DNA from: Chiloscyllium plagiosum
Lineage: Eukaryota
Direction: 5' to 3'
DNA length: 64,000 bases
NCBI RefSeq assembly: GCF_004010195.1
Contig: NC_057728.1
Coordinates: forward strand, 46,732,349-46,796,348
In this document: in pieces, positions 1 to 13,069 of the stretch
How positions within the stretch are numbered: position 1 is the stretch's first letter
Layout: every line of letters starts with the position of its first letter
Made by a program: the position numbers and the translations under genes
Notes under the pieces: model-generated
The model's input: the letters and a program-made list of their open reading frames with translations, nothing else
What the model was told of the DNA's origin: nothing
Databases searched by the model: none

Positions 1-181
1 TAGAGAGAATTGTAAGGGATAGGATTTATGAACATCTGGATAGGAATAATGTGATCAAGGATAGTCAGCATGGTTTTGTGAAGGGCAGGTCGTGCCTCAC
101 AAACCTTATTGAATTCTTTGAGAAGGTGACTAAGGAGGTGGATGAGGGGAAAGCGGTAGATGTGGTGTATATGGATTTTAC
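1..181 (+). mobile_element. CR1 LINE reverse transcriptase fragment (runs off window start)
   Basis: Translates as IKDSQHGFVKGRSCLTNLIEFFEKVTKEVDEGKAVDVVYMDF, the canonical CR1 RT motifs QHGF, SCLTNL and YMDF. Confidence 0.95.
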
Positions 182-1299
182 ATGCTCGTGCTCAGTCACA
201 TGCAGCTCTTATTGAATTAACTATATTTATGTTCCTTAATAGAGAAGGCAGTATAGCACAATCTGACAGGATGAGGGGTCTCTTGACATCAAAGAGCAAA
301 ACGGTGCAATTTTTATGTTTTTATCGAGCAGCAAGATCAGTTTCTCACTAGAAAGCAGCAAGCTATAATTAAGGAAGATTATTGCTTGGTAAATGCTTTA
401 TTAAGGGCAAATCACACCTCACTAATATTCCACTTCCTATCTTACTGAATGTGCCAAGCAAACTAGATTTTGAGATTTCTTGAGAGCAGTAACCTGTAAT
501 CTGTCAGAGCAGTAACCTGCTCATTTCAGCTTACCACTTGATCCAAAGGACCGCCACGTTGGACACCAGGAACTCAGGGCACCAGCCACATGCACCTCAC
601 TTCTCATGACTCATCTTTGATTCACTCACAGAATGCTTCTGAACTTCAATGCTGCACCCTGGGCGACACCTGCAACTATCATTGTGATGCAGCAGCAAGT
701 ATACTGTGCACTCATGCACAGAGGGAATGCAGGGTTCATGGTCTGGGAGATCAGGATGAGCAAAATCTGAGGGAAGATGTCCACAGGGTTTACTGAGGGT
801 GGAAGATCATGAGCATTGGAGGGAGATGGGTACAATATCAAAGGTAGAACGAGTGTGATGTATCAGGGAGAAAATGGCCACTCTTAACGCTGGCAGAGTC
901 ATTGACCATCTTCCTACATGAGTAGGCATTCCTTCAGATGGCTGAGACTGCACTAACCTGGGTGGCAAACTCAGAACAGGTTGCCAAGGTTTATGGCATC
1001 CATTGCAGGTCTTGATGGAAAGGACATGCTGCCTGTGCATCGCCACACCCAACATGACATCCAGAGGCCTTTCCAGAAAGAGATCTGCCAATTCCTTCAA
1101 GTCTGCCATGCTCAGTGTTAATGTCAGGAACCATGCAAGGCAGCTCCAGAGAAACTGTGCACAATAGGCTTTGAAAAATGGCACTGCCTCCAGGGATGCT
1201 GATCAGTTCTGGGATATCCAGTCAGCAACGAGTCATTCCAGGAACAGCACGTTGTAAAATGGGCCTTGAATTGGCCATAAAGAAGTTCATCAGAGCTTC

Positions 1300-1378
1300 T
1301 GAGGTGAAACAGAAACAGAATTTGCTGGAAAAAGTCAGTAGGTTCAGCAACTCAGTGGGAAGAAAGCAGAGTTAACAG
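1300..1378. mobile_element. Penelope-like terminal repeat remnant
   Basis: aaacagaa..ttgctggaaaa..cag..ggt..gca motif shared with 31860-31970 and the palindrome at 41065-41265. Confidence 0.55.
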
Positions 1379-3323
1379 ATAGACAGAATGCAGTAAGGGG
1401 ATTAATTAAAGAAAAATAAGGAGATGTAATTGGCCTATTACTTAAACAGTTACCACCATGCAGACCAATCCAAGAGCATCTTGCTTGATTTCTGAAGAAA
1501 CCAATGTAAATAACTCCCAGTAGACTCCGATAGTTATTCACTTAATTCTTATAATTGAGATTCTATCCTCTGAACTTTGATAAATTGATTACAAGAGGAT
1601 AACCAGGGAGCAATCAAACCTCCAACCTGCTTTGGCAGACACAATCCTTCTGATAAAAAAAAAACACTGTTTCTTATAAAAAAGTTGAAACGTTGGTTTT
1701 GCTTTCTATTTTTTTTCAATATTGTCTTTGTTAGGTTGGTTGGTACTGTGTGATGGCCTTATTAACATCCAAACATTTGCAAATACTGAGCATAGCACAC
1801 TTTCAGAACTGAAATGTCTACAGCGTTCTTTGAACAAGAACCAAACTGCAATGAATTTCCAGGCCAGGTCCTATAAACATACATCAGTTTTTTCTGCTTC
1901 TTCTTAAAACAAACTGCTATCCACATTCCAAAGGTCACCTTCAGCTCTCAGTGTCAATCAAAAATGATAAAAAATAAAGGAAAACAATTAGGGTTCTCCT
2001 AACATCTCCCTAACAGACAGGGCAGCGACGAGAATAGTGCAACAACAGACTCAGTTATTACCATACGTAAAGGCAAACATTCCTGCCCAAAATTATTGCC
2101 TATTTCTACAATTGCGTACATTTCTACCTCACGTCTAAGCCGTAACTTAATGGTAGCAGACGAAAATCAGCTCCCTTGTTAAGGGACAAAACAAAGGTCA
2201 TTTATGAGACTATATCTATTCTCCCTGCCTGCTCCCATTATAAAATATTGTTCTAATATACAGTTGAGTGAGCCAACAGTCTGTGTTTTCTGCAATTTTC
2301 TGCCTCAACCTGATATGCAGAAAGATTCATTAAAGCTATAATATACAGGATGGAATTCTGAATGTTAGCGGAGAGAACTGGAGATGTAATAGGGAGCAAT
2401 TACTCTTAATAGATATCTCCAAAAAGGTCTTCTGGGTTTTACCAATGCTTTTAATATGGCTAATCTTTGATATTTCACTATCATATATCCTTTTAAAAAG
2501 GTTACTTAAGAATCACTGGATGTATTTTCAAATCTCTCAAACATTACCTCCAGCAAACTACTTAAATAGCACTGGATTAGTAAAACTACCATTTTAATTA
2601 AAGCAGATCAGAACATAGCATGTGAATAGAGGGAATTCTGTTTAGTGGTTAATTTAAAAAAAAACAAGCAGGATTGCTTTGGTTTCCTGAGTGCAGAGCA
2701 GTTAGTTTGTAATTAACTGTTTTCTACAGCAATTGCTTTTGGTTACAAATTAAAAGACAACAATTGTGAAAGTCAAATAATTATTTTGAAATTTTAGAAA
2801 ATCAAAGTCTTGGAAGGATGGAGCTCATTAAATAACCTTTTACAAAGCTATCTTTGTAAGGAATTTCAGATATACTCGAAAAGGGTCACTCATATCCAGA
2901 AAAATGCCTCATAGGAGTTTCGTATGTTAAAAGATAGCTATGCCTGCAAAACTGACCCACATGGATCTGTTCAATGAAGAAATGAAAATAAGGGGAGGAT
3001 GGACTTCCAATCAATTGTTTTTGCAAAATAATTTTAAACATGAGTTAAACTGGGGTTAAGAAATGTTCTTGAGTGAAAGAATGGAATCTTATTACTTACT
3101 AATCCAGAGAAAAATAATTATAAAACATGAAGTCAAATAAACACACAGACACGGGTATAAACTTTAAAAAGAGGAGAGTGCCTCATAAAAGAAGAAAGAT
3201 CAAGACTAGGTAGTTTTTTAAAAATCCTCAATTCGTTGAACTGTTAAGTTCTAACTTGAGACCACTGGAGTTTTATTGATGTCTTGCATCCTCAGCACTG
3301 GTGAAATTTAGTGCCGATATTTA

Positions 3324-5770
3324 GAAACATAGAATCATACAATTCAGAAGAGACCCTTCAGTTCATCAAGTTTGTACTGCCAAAGCCACACTAAATCTAC
3401 ACTAATCCCACTTTCTTGTGCTAGGTCCATAGCCTTGAATATTATGACATTACAAGTGGTCATCCAAGTACTTTTAAAAGATTGTGAAGTTACCATCCTC
3501 TACTGCCCACCCAGGTACAGCATTCCAGTCCCTACTACCCTGAGGGTAAAAATTGCTTTCCTCAAATCCCCTCTAAATATCCCGACTTTCATCTTAAAAT
3601 TATGCTGCCTTGTTATTAACCTTTCAACTAAGAACTGCTTTCTATTCATCGTGGCCATAACATCATAATTGCCTACACCTCTATTGGATTCCCCAGTCAA
3701 CCTTCTCTGCTCCAAAGAAATTAGCCCAAAAATCTGTCCATATCCTCCAGCTCCATGCATAGATTTCCCTCTTGGTCCCTAATGGGCCATACTCACTCTG
3801 GTTATTCTCTTCCCCTTGATAACCTTGTAAAATATCTGGGATTATTGTTAATCCTGCCTGCCAGTATGTTTCCATGCCCCATTTTAGCTCTCCTTATTGC
3901 TTTCTTAGGTTTGCCCTTGCACTTACAATATTTCATGAGGAGTTCTAATGATTTGCTCCCATTGCACCTGCTCAAATCCACTAATTTCCTTTTTATCAAG
4001 TTCTGAATATTCCTAGATATCCAGCATTCTCTGGCCTTGTCGCTCATACATTTCAGCAAATAGGGAACATGCTGGGCCTGTACTCTCCCCAATTCCTTTT
4101 TGAAAACCTCCCACTGTTCCGCTGTAGATTTACCCCTAAGTAGCTGTTTCCAGTCTACTTTAGCCAGATACTGCCTGATTTTAATAAAAGCTGCCTTCCC
4201 CCAATCCAAAACCTTTTTCCTTTCCCTTTTCCTGAATAAACATGAAGCATGTGGTGTTGTGGCCACTAAAATGCTCCCCCACTGTTACCTGAAACACCTG
4301 CCCCACTACAGACCCACACTTAGGTCCAGCACTGCACCATCCCATCTCAGACCATCTACATATTAACATAAAGTGCTCTCCTGAATACATTTCAAGAAAT
4401 CTGCCCCCTCTAAACCATTTATACTACGATTAACCAAATTAATGTTGGGAAAGTTGACATTGCCTAATATAATTACCCTATTGTTATTCTCACATACTTC
4501 AGTGAATTATCTACATAATTACATCTTAATTGCCCACTGACTGTTTAGGATCTTATAAAGCATTCTTAACAGTGTGACTGTCCCTTTCCTATTCTTACAC
4601 TCTACTCATAAAGCCTCATTTGACAATCCTTCCAAGATATCATTCCTCCTTACTGCAATAATTGACTCCTTAGTTGACAATGCAACACCAACTCCTCTTC
4701 CACTCCTTCTCCTGTCCGTCTGAAGATCCTATATTTCAAAATGTTGAATTGTTGCATTCCCAACTATGTTGCTGCAATTGCAACACCATCACAGTCCCAC
4801 ATGTCAATCCACATCCTTAACTCATTTGGCTTACTTACAATAGTCTGAGCATTAAAGTTGAAGCCATCTTGCCTCAACTTACTCTCTTGAGGCTCAACAT
4901 ATCTGAGCTCCCTTGGCCTTGGTTCTTTTTCTAAGATATGCTGTGATGCTATTCAACCAATGCAGTGTGCCCCCTGACCCTGCTGAACTAGTCTAAACTC
5001 CTTGCAACAGCATTAATAAATCTTCCAAAAAAGAATATCGGTCCCATTCTGATTCAGGTGCAGACCATCCCACTTACAGATGTCCCACCTTCCTCAGAAA
5101 CAGTCCCAATGATCCAGAAACCTAAAACCTTCCCTCCTGCACTAACTGTTAGGCCACACATTTGTCTGTCTTGTTGCCATATTTTTGTACTTGCCTTGAT
5201 GTGGCACCGGGAGTAATCCAGAGATAACAACCTTAGAGATCCTGCTTTTAGTCGACTGCCCAGTTCCCTAAATTCTTGATGCAAGACCTCACCCTTCATT
5301 CCACCAATATCATTGTCATCAATGTGTACCACAACCTCTGTCTTATCACCCTCTTCCTTCAGGATGCTCTGCAGACACTCAGTGACAGCCCTGACCCCTG
5401 CACCAGGGAGGCAACACACCATCCTGAGTGGAAGCACATATGTGTTGCTATAATGAAACCCCTGTCACTATCATGTCAGTTTCTTCTGACTCCAATCTTG
5501 TACAGTCAGGACACTTGTTGTGCTGAAGCTTGGCTCTGACTGCAGTCCTTTGAGGAACCAATGCCCTCATTAGCTTTCACAGTGGAAACCCGAGTTGTGA
5601 GTGAGACACCAGGGGATTCCTGCATGACCCACCGGATTCTCTTTTAGTGCCTGGTGGTCACCCATTCCCTACTTTCCTCCAGTCTCTTGTGACCACCTCT
5701 CTAAATGTGTTATCCACATAACTCTCAAGCTAATGGATGTGCCACAGTGTCTCCAGTTGCTGCTTGAGCT
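3324..5770 (-). mobile_element. Degenerate, internally deleted CR1 LINE (ORF1 esterase-like, endonuclease region and 3' end)
   Basis: ORF 5054-5437 (VCCLPGAGV..EVVVHIDDND) resembles the SGNH-like CR1 ORF1. ORF 3802-4266 (LDWGKA..LAKVDWKQLL..EQWEVFK) resembles the ORF2 post-endonuclease region. ORF 3500-3760 resembles the ORF2 C-terminus. Tail near 3324-3340. Confidence 0.85.
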
Positions 5771-5777
5771 TCAAAAC

Positions 5778-5990
5778 ACAGAGGGTGGTTTGCATGTGGA
5801 ATGAACTTCCTGAGGAAGTGGTGGATGTGGAAACAGTACAACATTTGAAAGACACTTAGAGAAGTACACTAATAGGAAAGGTTTGGACGGGTATGGGACA
5901 GGTGTAGGCAGCTGGGACTAGTTTAGTTTGTAATAATATTCAGCATGGACTGGTTGGACCAATGGGTCTATTTCCATACTCTATGACAGG
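5778..5990 (+). mobile_element. CR1 3' end fragment
   Basis: RVV..WNELPEEVV C-terminal motif followed by the CR1 3' UTR. Confidence 0.85.
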
Positions 5991-6339
5991 TTACATACTC
6001 CACTTGGTTGACCTCATCTACCATGATTTAAAATTTAAACTTACTCAAATCTTATTAGTGGCTTTTCAAATTACTTAATCTAAAAAAGATATTTCCCTTT
6101 TCTTACTCTCCAACTATTATTTATTCCTGGTGCATTTCAATTAGTCTTCAATAAATGTTCAAATGAGTAGGTGTAAGTAACTGGAGATTTTAGTTTTCCT
6201 GTGCTGTCACTCTTTGTTTTCTGCTGAGCCCAATCTTGGGTCTCAACTTAACCCGTTGAAAAGACCTTATAAATTATGAAGCAAAGAAAAAGCAACACAC
6301 TGAATTCCCACACTGCTCCAAAATCCTAGAAACTCACCA

Positions 6340-6630
6340 TCACTCAGGCTGTGCCTCACTCTGGATATGTTCTCTCCCAACTGCTCGTGTGAAGCTAACT
6401 GATCCATTGGATTATTATCAAACCCACTTGGTTTATTCATGTCCTTCAGGGAAGCAAGTGCACACTTCCAGTGATTCCAAGCCCACAACAATTGGTTGAT
6501 GCAGCAGTATCATTTGAAATGGCCTAACAAGCCACTCAGTTAGTCTCAAGAAGGAAGCATCATTGCTACCTTCTCAACAACAATTAACACCACAGTCAAT
6601 AAAGGCAACAACGCCCACATTCCATGAATT
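6340..6630 (+). mobile_element. Degenerate DeuSINE-like (SacSINE1-like) SINE
   Basis: Shares the aaaccca.ttggtt.a.t.atg.cctt.agggaag core and 3' tail with 26128-26450. Confidence 0.55.
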
Positions 6631-7737
6631 TTTAAAAAATTACTATGATGAATCGTCATGCAGCACAATTCAAGGAAAATTTAAATAGGAAATATATAGT
6701 ATGGGAGTCATGGACTCCAAATTAAAACAGTATACCAGCACAAAGGGTAAATATTCTATGTTATTTTTGTGCAGTTATTGTTTCTGAGATTTGTGCAGCA
6801 CAACGACTAGCTCTGAGGCTATGGAATTCTCTGTCACTGACTATTGATGAAAAGAAAGATGACAGTCTAATGTTCATCGACACAAATGCTTTACCGCAGT
6901 TAATTTACTTTGATCTCCGTGTTACAGAGTATTAATCATGACATTTTAAGAGTCATGGGCAATGTAAACTGGCATTTACATCACCGTGTTTGATGTGTTT
7001 CAATGGACAGCTATTATATTTGTTTAACATATTATTGAGTGACTTACCATAATAAATATTACATGCAAAAGTGTATCTGTGCAGTTTTGTGATCAAAGCA
7101 ATGTTTTTTAGTCAAGGCCGTGCTAACAATGGCATTTACTCATCTAAGCTCAACAGAGCAGATTGAATTGTTCCTACAACTTGGTGTATTGAGAAACCTA
7201 GCAATGCCGATACGGCTGAATGAGGACTCTTTTGGGTCTGTACTCTAATTTTTTCTGTATTTGCTGCAGGTTATTGATCCAAGTTAATGCATAGATTCCA
7301 GACCAAACAGTTAGGCCACTTCATAAAATGAGACATTCCAACAAAAAGAGATTCTCTTTACCTTCCATAGCCGTTATTGCTTTAGCAGCAGTAACCACAA
7401 TAGCTGTAATATTGACACATAATCAAGAATGCTATCTTGAGGGTGCAAATTGCCACTCAAAGTTCTCTTCTATCCAAAAACTGAAAGATTTGAAATTTAC
7501 AACCGTCATCTCAGTGGTATGAACTCTGTTCACTGAAGAAGGGATCAGTGAAAGCCTAATGTATCTCCAAAGAATGTGCTGAATGTTATAGGTTCAACAT
7601 CATCACTTCATTGCCACATTACCCCAGGGAACATGGATTTCTCAAAAGTCAATAGAACCCATACAATATGCTGAGGGACAAAGGAAGTTTCAGAGTTTGT
7701 CTTATTGTCACTCTGATGTACATCATTTAAAAAAAAA

Positions 7738-7850
7738 ACTGTTTTCCAATCAACTTGTTTAGAGATATTATTACACACTTTTGGAACAGGTGGAACTTGA
7801 ACCCAAGCCTCCTGCCTCAAAGTTAGGGATACTACCACTGCACCACACAT
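7738..7850 (-). mobile_element. Short tRNA-derived SINE
   Basis: Minus strand has A-box-like tggtgcagtggt and B-box-like ggttcaagtcc/ggttcaagttcc motifs. Same family as the copies at 51030-51415. Confidence 0.7.
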
Positions 7851-7915
7851 CTTTAAAGGCTGAAATGAAATCACCTGCAGAGATGTTGAATGGAAGAAAG
7901 TATAAGCCAAATATG

Positions 7916-8412
7916 GAAGGAGCACACGGTGTCCACCAACACCCTTGAGTTGTTCAGGGAGAGGTGGGTGCTGCAGGGAGTGGAGTGCATTATTTCCCCC
8001 TCCAACTCTATCTTGATTTAATCCCTGCCCTCCCCTTCACTGTTTGATCACGCAGCATTGCTCTCTGAGAAGGGCACTGCTTGTCACCACCACTTGGGTG
8101 TTTCCTATCTGCCTGTTGGTGGAAATTGAATAAAGATTTGTACACCTGTTGTCTTTCACTGTGTCTCACACCTGCACACACACAACATGAAGAGAAGATA
8201 ACATATATAGCCAGGAGACAGAGACTCTGTGCTGGCTGGTGCTACAGTCAGTGTGTTACTAAAAAAAAGAAAAAAATATATAACCAGGAGATTAGAATCT
8301 CCACAGTTACGGATTGACTCCAAGCTGGCTGACCACAGCTGGTGTACTGTACACTAGTCAATAAAAGGTGACTTGGTGATGGGGCACCAGCCTCTGTGCA
8401 GAAAAAAAATAC
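7916..8412 (+). mobile_element. Tx1-clade 3' end plus LTR-like segment plus poly(A), flanked by a 14-bp TSD
   Basis: Matches the ORF2 end and 3' UTR at 17990-18190. The direct repeat ATAAGCCAAATATG lies at 7902-7915 and 8413-8426. A8 tract at 8402-8409. Confidence 0.85.
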
Positions 8413-8847
8413 ATAAGCCAAATATGCCAAGCAAATATACCCTCCAAGTGAACAGAAGGAAATAAAACAACAACTCCCTGGTGCATAAGTAGGAGGCCAA
8501 GACTTCATCAATCAATATGAACCCCTGCCTGAGCCATTGAAATGACAGACTCTAAATATACAGGCTCCAATCATGAAAACCTGGAACCCAGCAAACGTTG
8601 CTGGTGGAACTCATATTTCAAGTCTGTAGTTGATCTACAGATGAGGTGAAAAAGCAAAAAAGATTATTAATTAACAATACTGGCAATGACCAGCCTTAAC
8701 AGCACCACCAGCAAGTGACATATTTGCAGCATTAACCAACTCTTCCAATATACAAAACATTGCCTGTGCTGTTGCCAACTCAACACCAAGAGTGAGAAAT
8801 GCCCAGTTCACAAAAATGGAGACATCTTCCTACTAGAGCTTTATGTT

Positions 8848-9100
8848 ATAGAATCATAAAGTCTAAGAAATGTACAGCACGGAAAGACACCCTTCAGTCC
8901 AACTCATCCATGCTGACCAGATATCCTAAATTAATCTTGCACCTGGCCCATATCCCTCTAAATCCTTCCTATTCATATACCCATCAAGATGCCTTTGAAA
9001 TGTTGTAATTGTACCAGCCTCTACCACTTCATTCATTCAACACCCTTGACGTGAAAAAGTTGTCTTTAATTCCTTTTTAAATCTTTTCCCTCTCACCCAA
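8848..9100 (-). mobile_element. CR1 3' end fragment
   Basis: Similar to 28380-28680. Confidence 0.85.
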
Positions 9101-10482
9101 ATGTCTTTTTTTCTGAGAAAAGAAATCAAGCTCGAGAGGGTTCTTAAAGTGTTCAGTTTGTTTATAAAATAGATTTGTTAATCTTTTGGAAAAAAAAATT
9201 AAGGCTTGAACGGATATTATTGTACAGCCAATGTTTTTAAAAAGGAAAGGGGTTGTTATGTCATTGTAGTCTTTGTAAAGAGTTATGACCTAATTGTTAT
9301 GGTAATATCCATCCTGGGGGGCCCATTTGAAAGCTGCACTGCAGTCAGATGCTGTCTAACAATCTAACAGCAACATGCAGAGCTGAGAGAAATACACTCG
9401 ATGATGCTCCACCATTTTGAAGCTAAAGAGTGATGATTTTTAATTTATGGGAACCAGATGACAATGACAGCATTCCTCCTCCTCAGAATTCCTTTGTCAA
9501 AGCCCTTGTTGAGTGCCACATCCAAGAAGTTGGGCCTTAGGTTCCTGTGCCATCCTGCATGCAACAGTGTGTGTGCCAGCCAGAGGACTCCACACTTTCA
9601 GTGGGAATGGAGGTGCAAAGGAACATTTTATCTCATCAGCAGCTGAGTGTGAAACCTGTGGCAAACTCAAACTATGATAAACATCAAACAGCCTGAAAAT
9701 GTGTGCTCAATCTATCATTGAAAGCTGGCTGGAATTACAAGCAATTAAGAGCAATCTTTGCCCATTTTCACCCTTAAACCCAATCCCGTGAAACTCCTTT
9801 GCTGCGTATTATTTGCTTTCTTTTGAAAAACAACAGCTCAGAAGGTGGGGTTTGGTTTAGTTACTTCATTAGATTGATATAGAACAGTGATTTCAGGTAA
9901 CAAGATGAAAACAGCCAGGAAGAATTCCCTTGAGGGGTTCTCTTGATGAGCCCCTGTGCCTTCACACAGCTGTCAGCTCTCATGAGATTGCTTTAACTGA
10001 TTCCATAGAGACTTCGGTCTCTGGCACCTTTGAATCTGTCTTATGAGAATTCGGGTCAGGCAATCAGTGAGAACATAAGCTTTGAGATCAGTGATGTCAA
10101 GACAATCTCTTCACATGCAAAGTTTCACGCAAATGTAAGACATTAAATAGAATTCAACACTTTAAAACTGACCCAGGAAATTCTTCGGCCTCATCTCCCT
10201 GGATGGAATCCAAATTCCTAATAACAACAGTGGGACTATGATAAAATGTAAGTGTTGACAAGATGCTTATTAAAATAACTTTTGTAGCATGTTCAGTATG
10301 GTCATTTTCACATGCATGTTTGAACAGCACTTACAGAACATTGCTCCAATCAGGAAAGGTGAAACTGACACAGTCATTTTTTTTAACCCACTTTCTCAAT
10401 TTGCTTAAGTAAGCACCTTCCACTTATCTTTCCTTTCCGGAGGCTATTTATCAAAGCTATGCTAATTAGGTTATGACAATTA

Positions 10483-10762
10483 AGGGGCAAGGCCACATGT
10501 GGAGGTTTCCAAGGGTCAGAGAATGCAGATAGAATCTGCCTTTCTGAAATGGTAATTCAGAAAGAGAATCGAATCTCTCTACAGTTGTGTGCCAATACCT
10601 CTACTCCCTCATTTCACCATTCTCCACTTTAAAACCAGGCATCTAGCAGAAACAGGACAGTACCTTCATGTGAGAGTCAATACTGGTTGACAGCCAATAT
10701 TCTAATGCTGACCTGTTGAAGAGCAGGAATATGGTGTGTATGAGTGCAGGTCACAGGCACGT
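10483..10762. repeat. Diverged ~280-bp direct repeat, copy 1
   Basis: Aligns with 14343-14627, including the identical 29-mer caagggtcagagaatgcagatagaatctg. Confidence 0.85.
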
Positions 10763-10899
10763 CTACTGTGTCGTGCTGAGACTGACGTGAACCTGACAAA
10801 GCTTGTGATTTCAAATAACCCTGTTGGAATACAAAGAAAGAGGATGAGCTGTATCAACAAATCCACAGCGAAAACATGTCAGAGAATCATCAAGTCAAA

Positions 10900-10967
10900 A
10901 AGTCATAGAGTCGTACAGCATGAAAACAGGCTCTTCCATGCCAAACAGGTTTCTTAATCTGAACTAG
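10900..10967 (-). mobile_element. CR1 3' tail, continued at 13070-13250
   Basis: agtcatagagtcgtacagcatg tail. The CR1 sequence resumes at gaactagtcccacttg (13070). Confidence 0.8.
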
Positions 10968-13069
10968 ATTGGAATAGAACAGCAATTTAATGTCATATTA
11001 TTTTTACAAAAAAAAACAGATAAAGTTTTATAAGTTGCCATGCCACAGCACCTGTATTAAAGACAGAAGTCATGCATAACAAGAAAATATTTATAATGTT
11101 ATTTAAGGATCCATCACAGATCAATTTCATTTTCATTAAGACAACGAACACTGGAATACCCAGAAGCCACAGCTGACGAAGACCTCTGAGTGAGGACAAG
11201 GGTGCCAAACCCAAAGACAGCCAAACCCAGAGACCACACACTCCAGAGACCACCAAACCCAGAGACCACCAAACCTGGAGACAGCCAAACCCAGAGACCA
11301 CCAAACCTGGTGACCACCAAACCCAGAGCCTGCTAAACCCAGGGACTGCCAAACCTGGAGGCCACAAAACCCAGAGACCACCAAACCCAGAGACCACCAA
11401 ACCCAGAGACCACTAAACCCAGAGACTGTCAAACCCAAGACTACCAAACCCAGAGACCATCAAACCCAGAGACCACCAAACCCAGAGACCACCAAACCTA
11501 GAGACCATCAAACATGGACACTGCCAAACCGGTAGACCAGCAAACCTGGAGACCACCAACCCAGAGACCACCAAACCTGGAGACTGCCAAACCCGGAGAC
11601 CACCAAACCTGGAGACTGCCAAACCCGGAGACCACGAAAACCAGAGACCACCAAGCCTGGAGACTGCTAAACCTGGAGACTACCAAAACCAGAGACCACC
11701 AAAACCAGAGACCGCCAAACCTGGAGACCACCAAAACCAGAGACCACTAAACCTGGAGACCACCAAACCCGGAGACCACCAAACATGGACACTGCCAAAC
11801 TGGGAGATGAGTAAACCTGGAGACCACCAAACCCGGAGACTAGCAAACCTGGAGACTGCCAAACCTGGAGACCACCAAAACAAGAGGCCACCAAACCTGG
11901 AGACCACCAAACCTGGAGACCATCAAACATGGACACTGCCAAACCGGTAGACCAGCAAACCTGGAGACCACCAACCCAGAGACCACCAAACCTGGAGACC
12001 AACAACCCAGAGACCACCAAACCTGGAGACTACCAAACCCAGAGACCACCAAAACCAGAGACCACCAAGCCTGGAGACTGCTAAACCTGGAGACTACCAA
12101 AACCAGAGACCACCAAAACCAGAGACCGCCAAACCTGGAGACCACCAAAACCAGAGACCACTAAACCTGGAGACCACCAAACCCGGAGACCACCAAACAT
12201 GGACACTGCCAAACTGGGAGATGAGTAAACCTGGAGACCACCAAACCCGGAGACTAGCAAACCTGGAGACTGCCAAACCTGGAGACCACCAAAACAAGAG
12301 GCCACCAAACCTGGAGACCACCAAACCTGGAGACCACCAAACCTGGAGACCACCAAACCTGGAGACCACCAAACCTGGAGACCACCAAACCTGGAGACCA
12401 CCAAACCTGGAGACCACCAAACCTGGAGACCACCAAACCTGGAGACCACCAAACCTGGAGACCACCAAACCTGGAGACCACCAAACCTGGAGACCACCAA
12501 ACCTGGAGACCACCAAACCTGGAGACCACCAAACCTGGAGACCACCAAACCTGGAGACCACCAAACCTGGAGACCACCAAACCTGGAGACCACCAAACCT
12601 GGAGACCACCAAACCTGGAGACCACCAAACCCAGAGACTGCCAAATCCAGTGACTGCCAAACCCAGAGACTGTCAAATCCAGAGACTGCCAAACCCAGAG
12701 ACTGCCAAATCTGGAGACCACCAAACCCAGAGACCACCAAACCTAGAGACCATCCAACATGGACACTGCCAAACTGGTAGACCAGCAAACCTGGAGACCA
12801 ACAATCTAGAGACCACCAAACATGGAGACTACCAAACCCAGAGACCACCAAAACAAGAGACCACCAAGCCTGGAGACTGCTAAACCTGGAGACTACCAAA
12901 ACCAGAGACCACCAAAACCAGAGACCGCCAAACCTGGAGACCACCAAAACCAGAGACCACTAAACCCAGAGACTGCCAAACCTGGAGATCTCCATGCCAC
13001 AACAGGAGAGCACTGTGTCAGGGGGAACCTGCCACGCCAGACTGGAAGCCTCCTCAGAGGTCCAGTCTG
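10968..13069 (-). mobile_element. Retroposon inserted into CR1 with a 7-bp TSD, carrying the minisatellite
   Basis: GAACTAG at 10961-10967 and 13070-13076. The minus-strand 3' end (10968-11060) resembles the element end at 63530-63620. Confidence 0.7.
11203..12990. repeat. 18-bp minisatellite (CCAAACCTGGAGACCACC rotations), about 100 units
   Basis: Directly visible. Perfect core at about 12305-12630 and a 414-bp higher-order duplication. It explains all ORFs between 10993 and 13076. Confidence 0.98.

Noticed and set aside
541..1260. Possible Harbinger transposase or Myb remnant
   Set aside because: The stretch is GC-richer and element-like, but I could not support any motif.
1990..2600. IscA-like (ISLTDRAATRI) and integrase-like text
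   Set aside because: The invariant Cys motifs (CGCG; HHCC) are absent, so this is chance level.
7362..7403. 42-nt minus-strand AG..GT exon candidate (IVVTAAKAITAME)
   Set aside because: Weak acceptor, no recognisable product and no supported partner exons.
7540..9790. TBP-like (FEKSMFPG) and RING-like (CETC..WL..CPF) snippets
   Set aside because: They are isolated short matches missing most conserved residues.
11203..12990. CRISPR-like array
   Set aside because: The units are contiguous with no unique spacers, and there are no cas genes.
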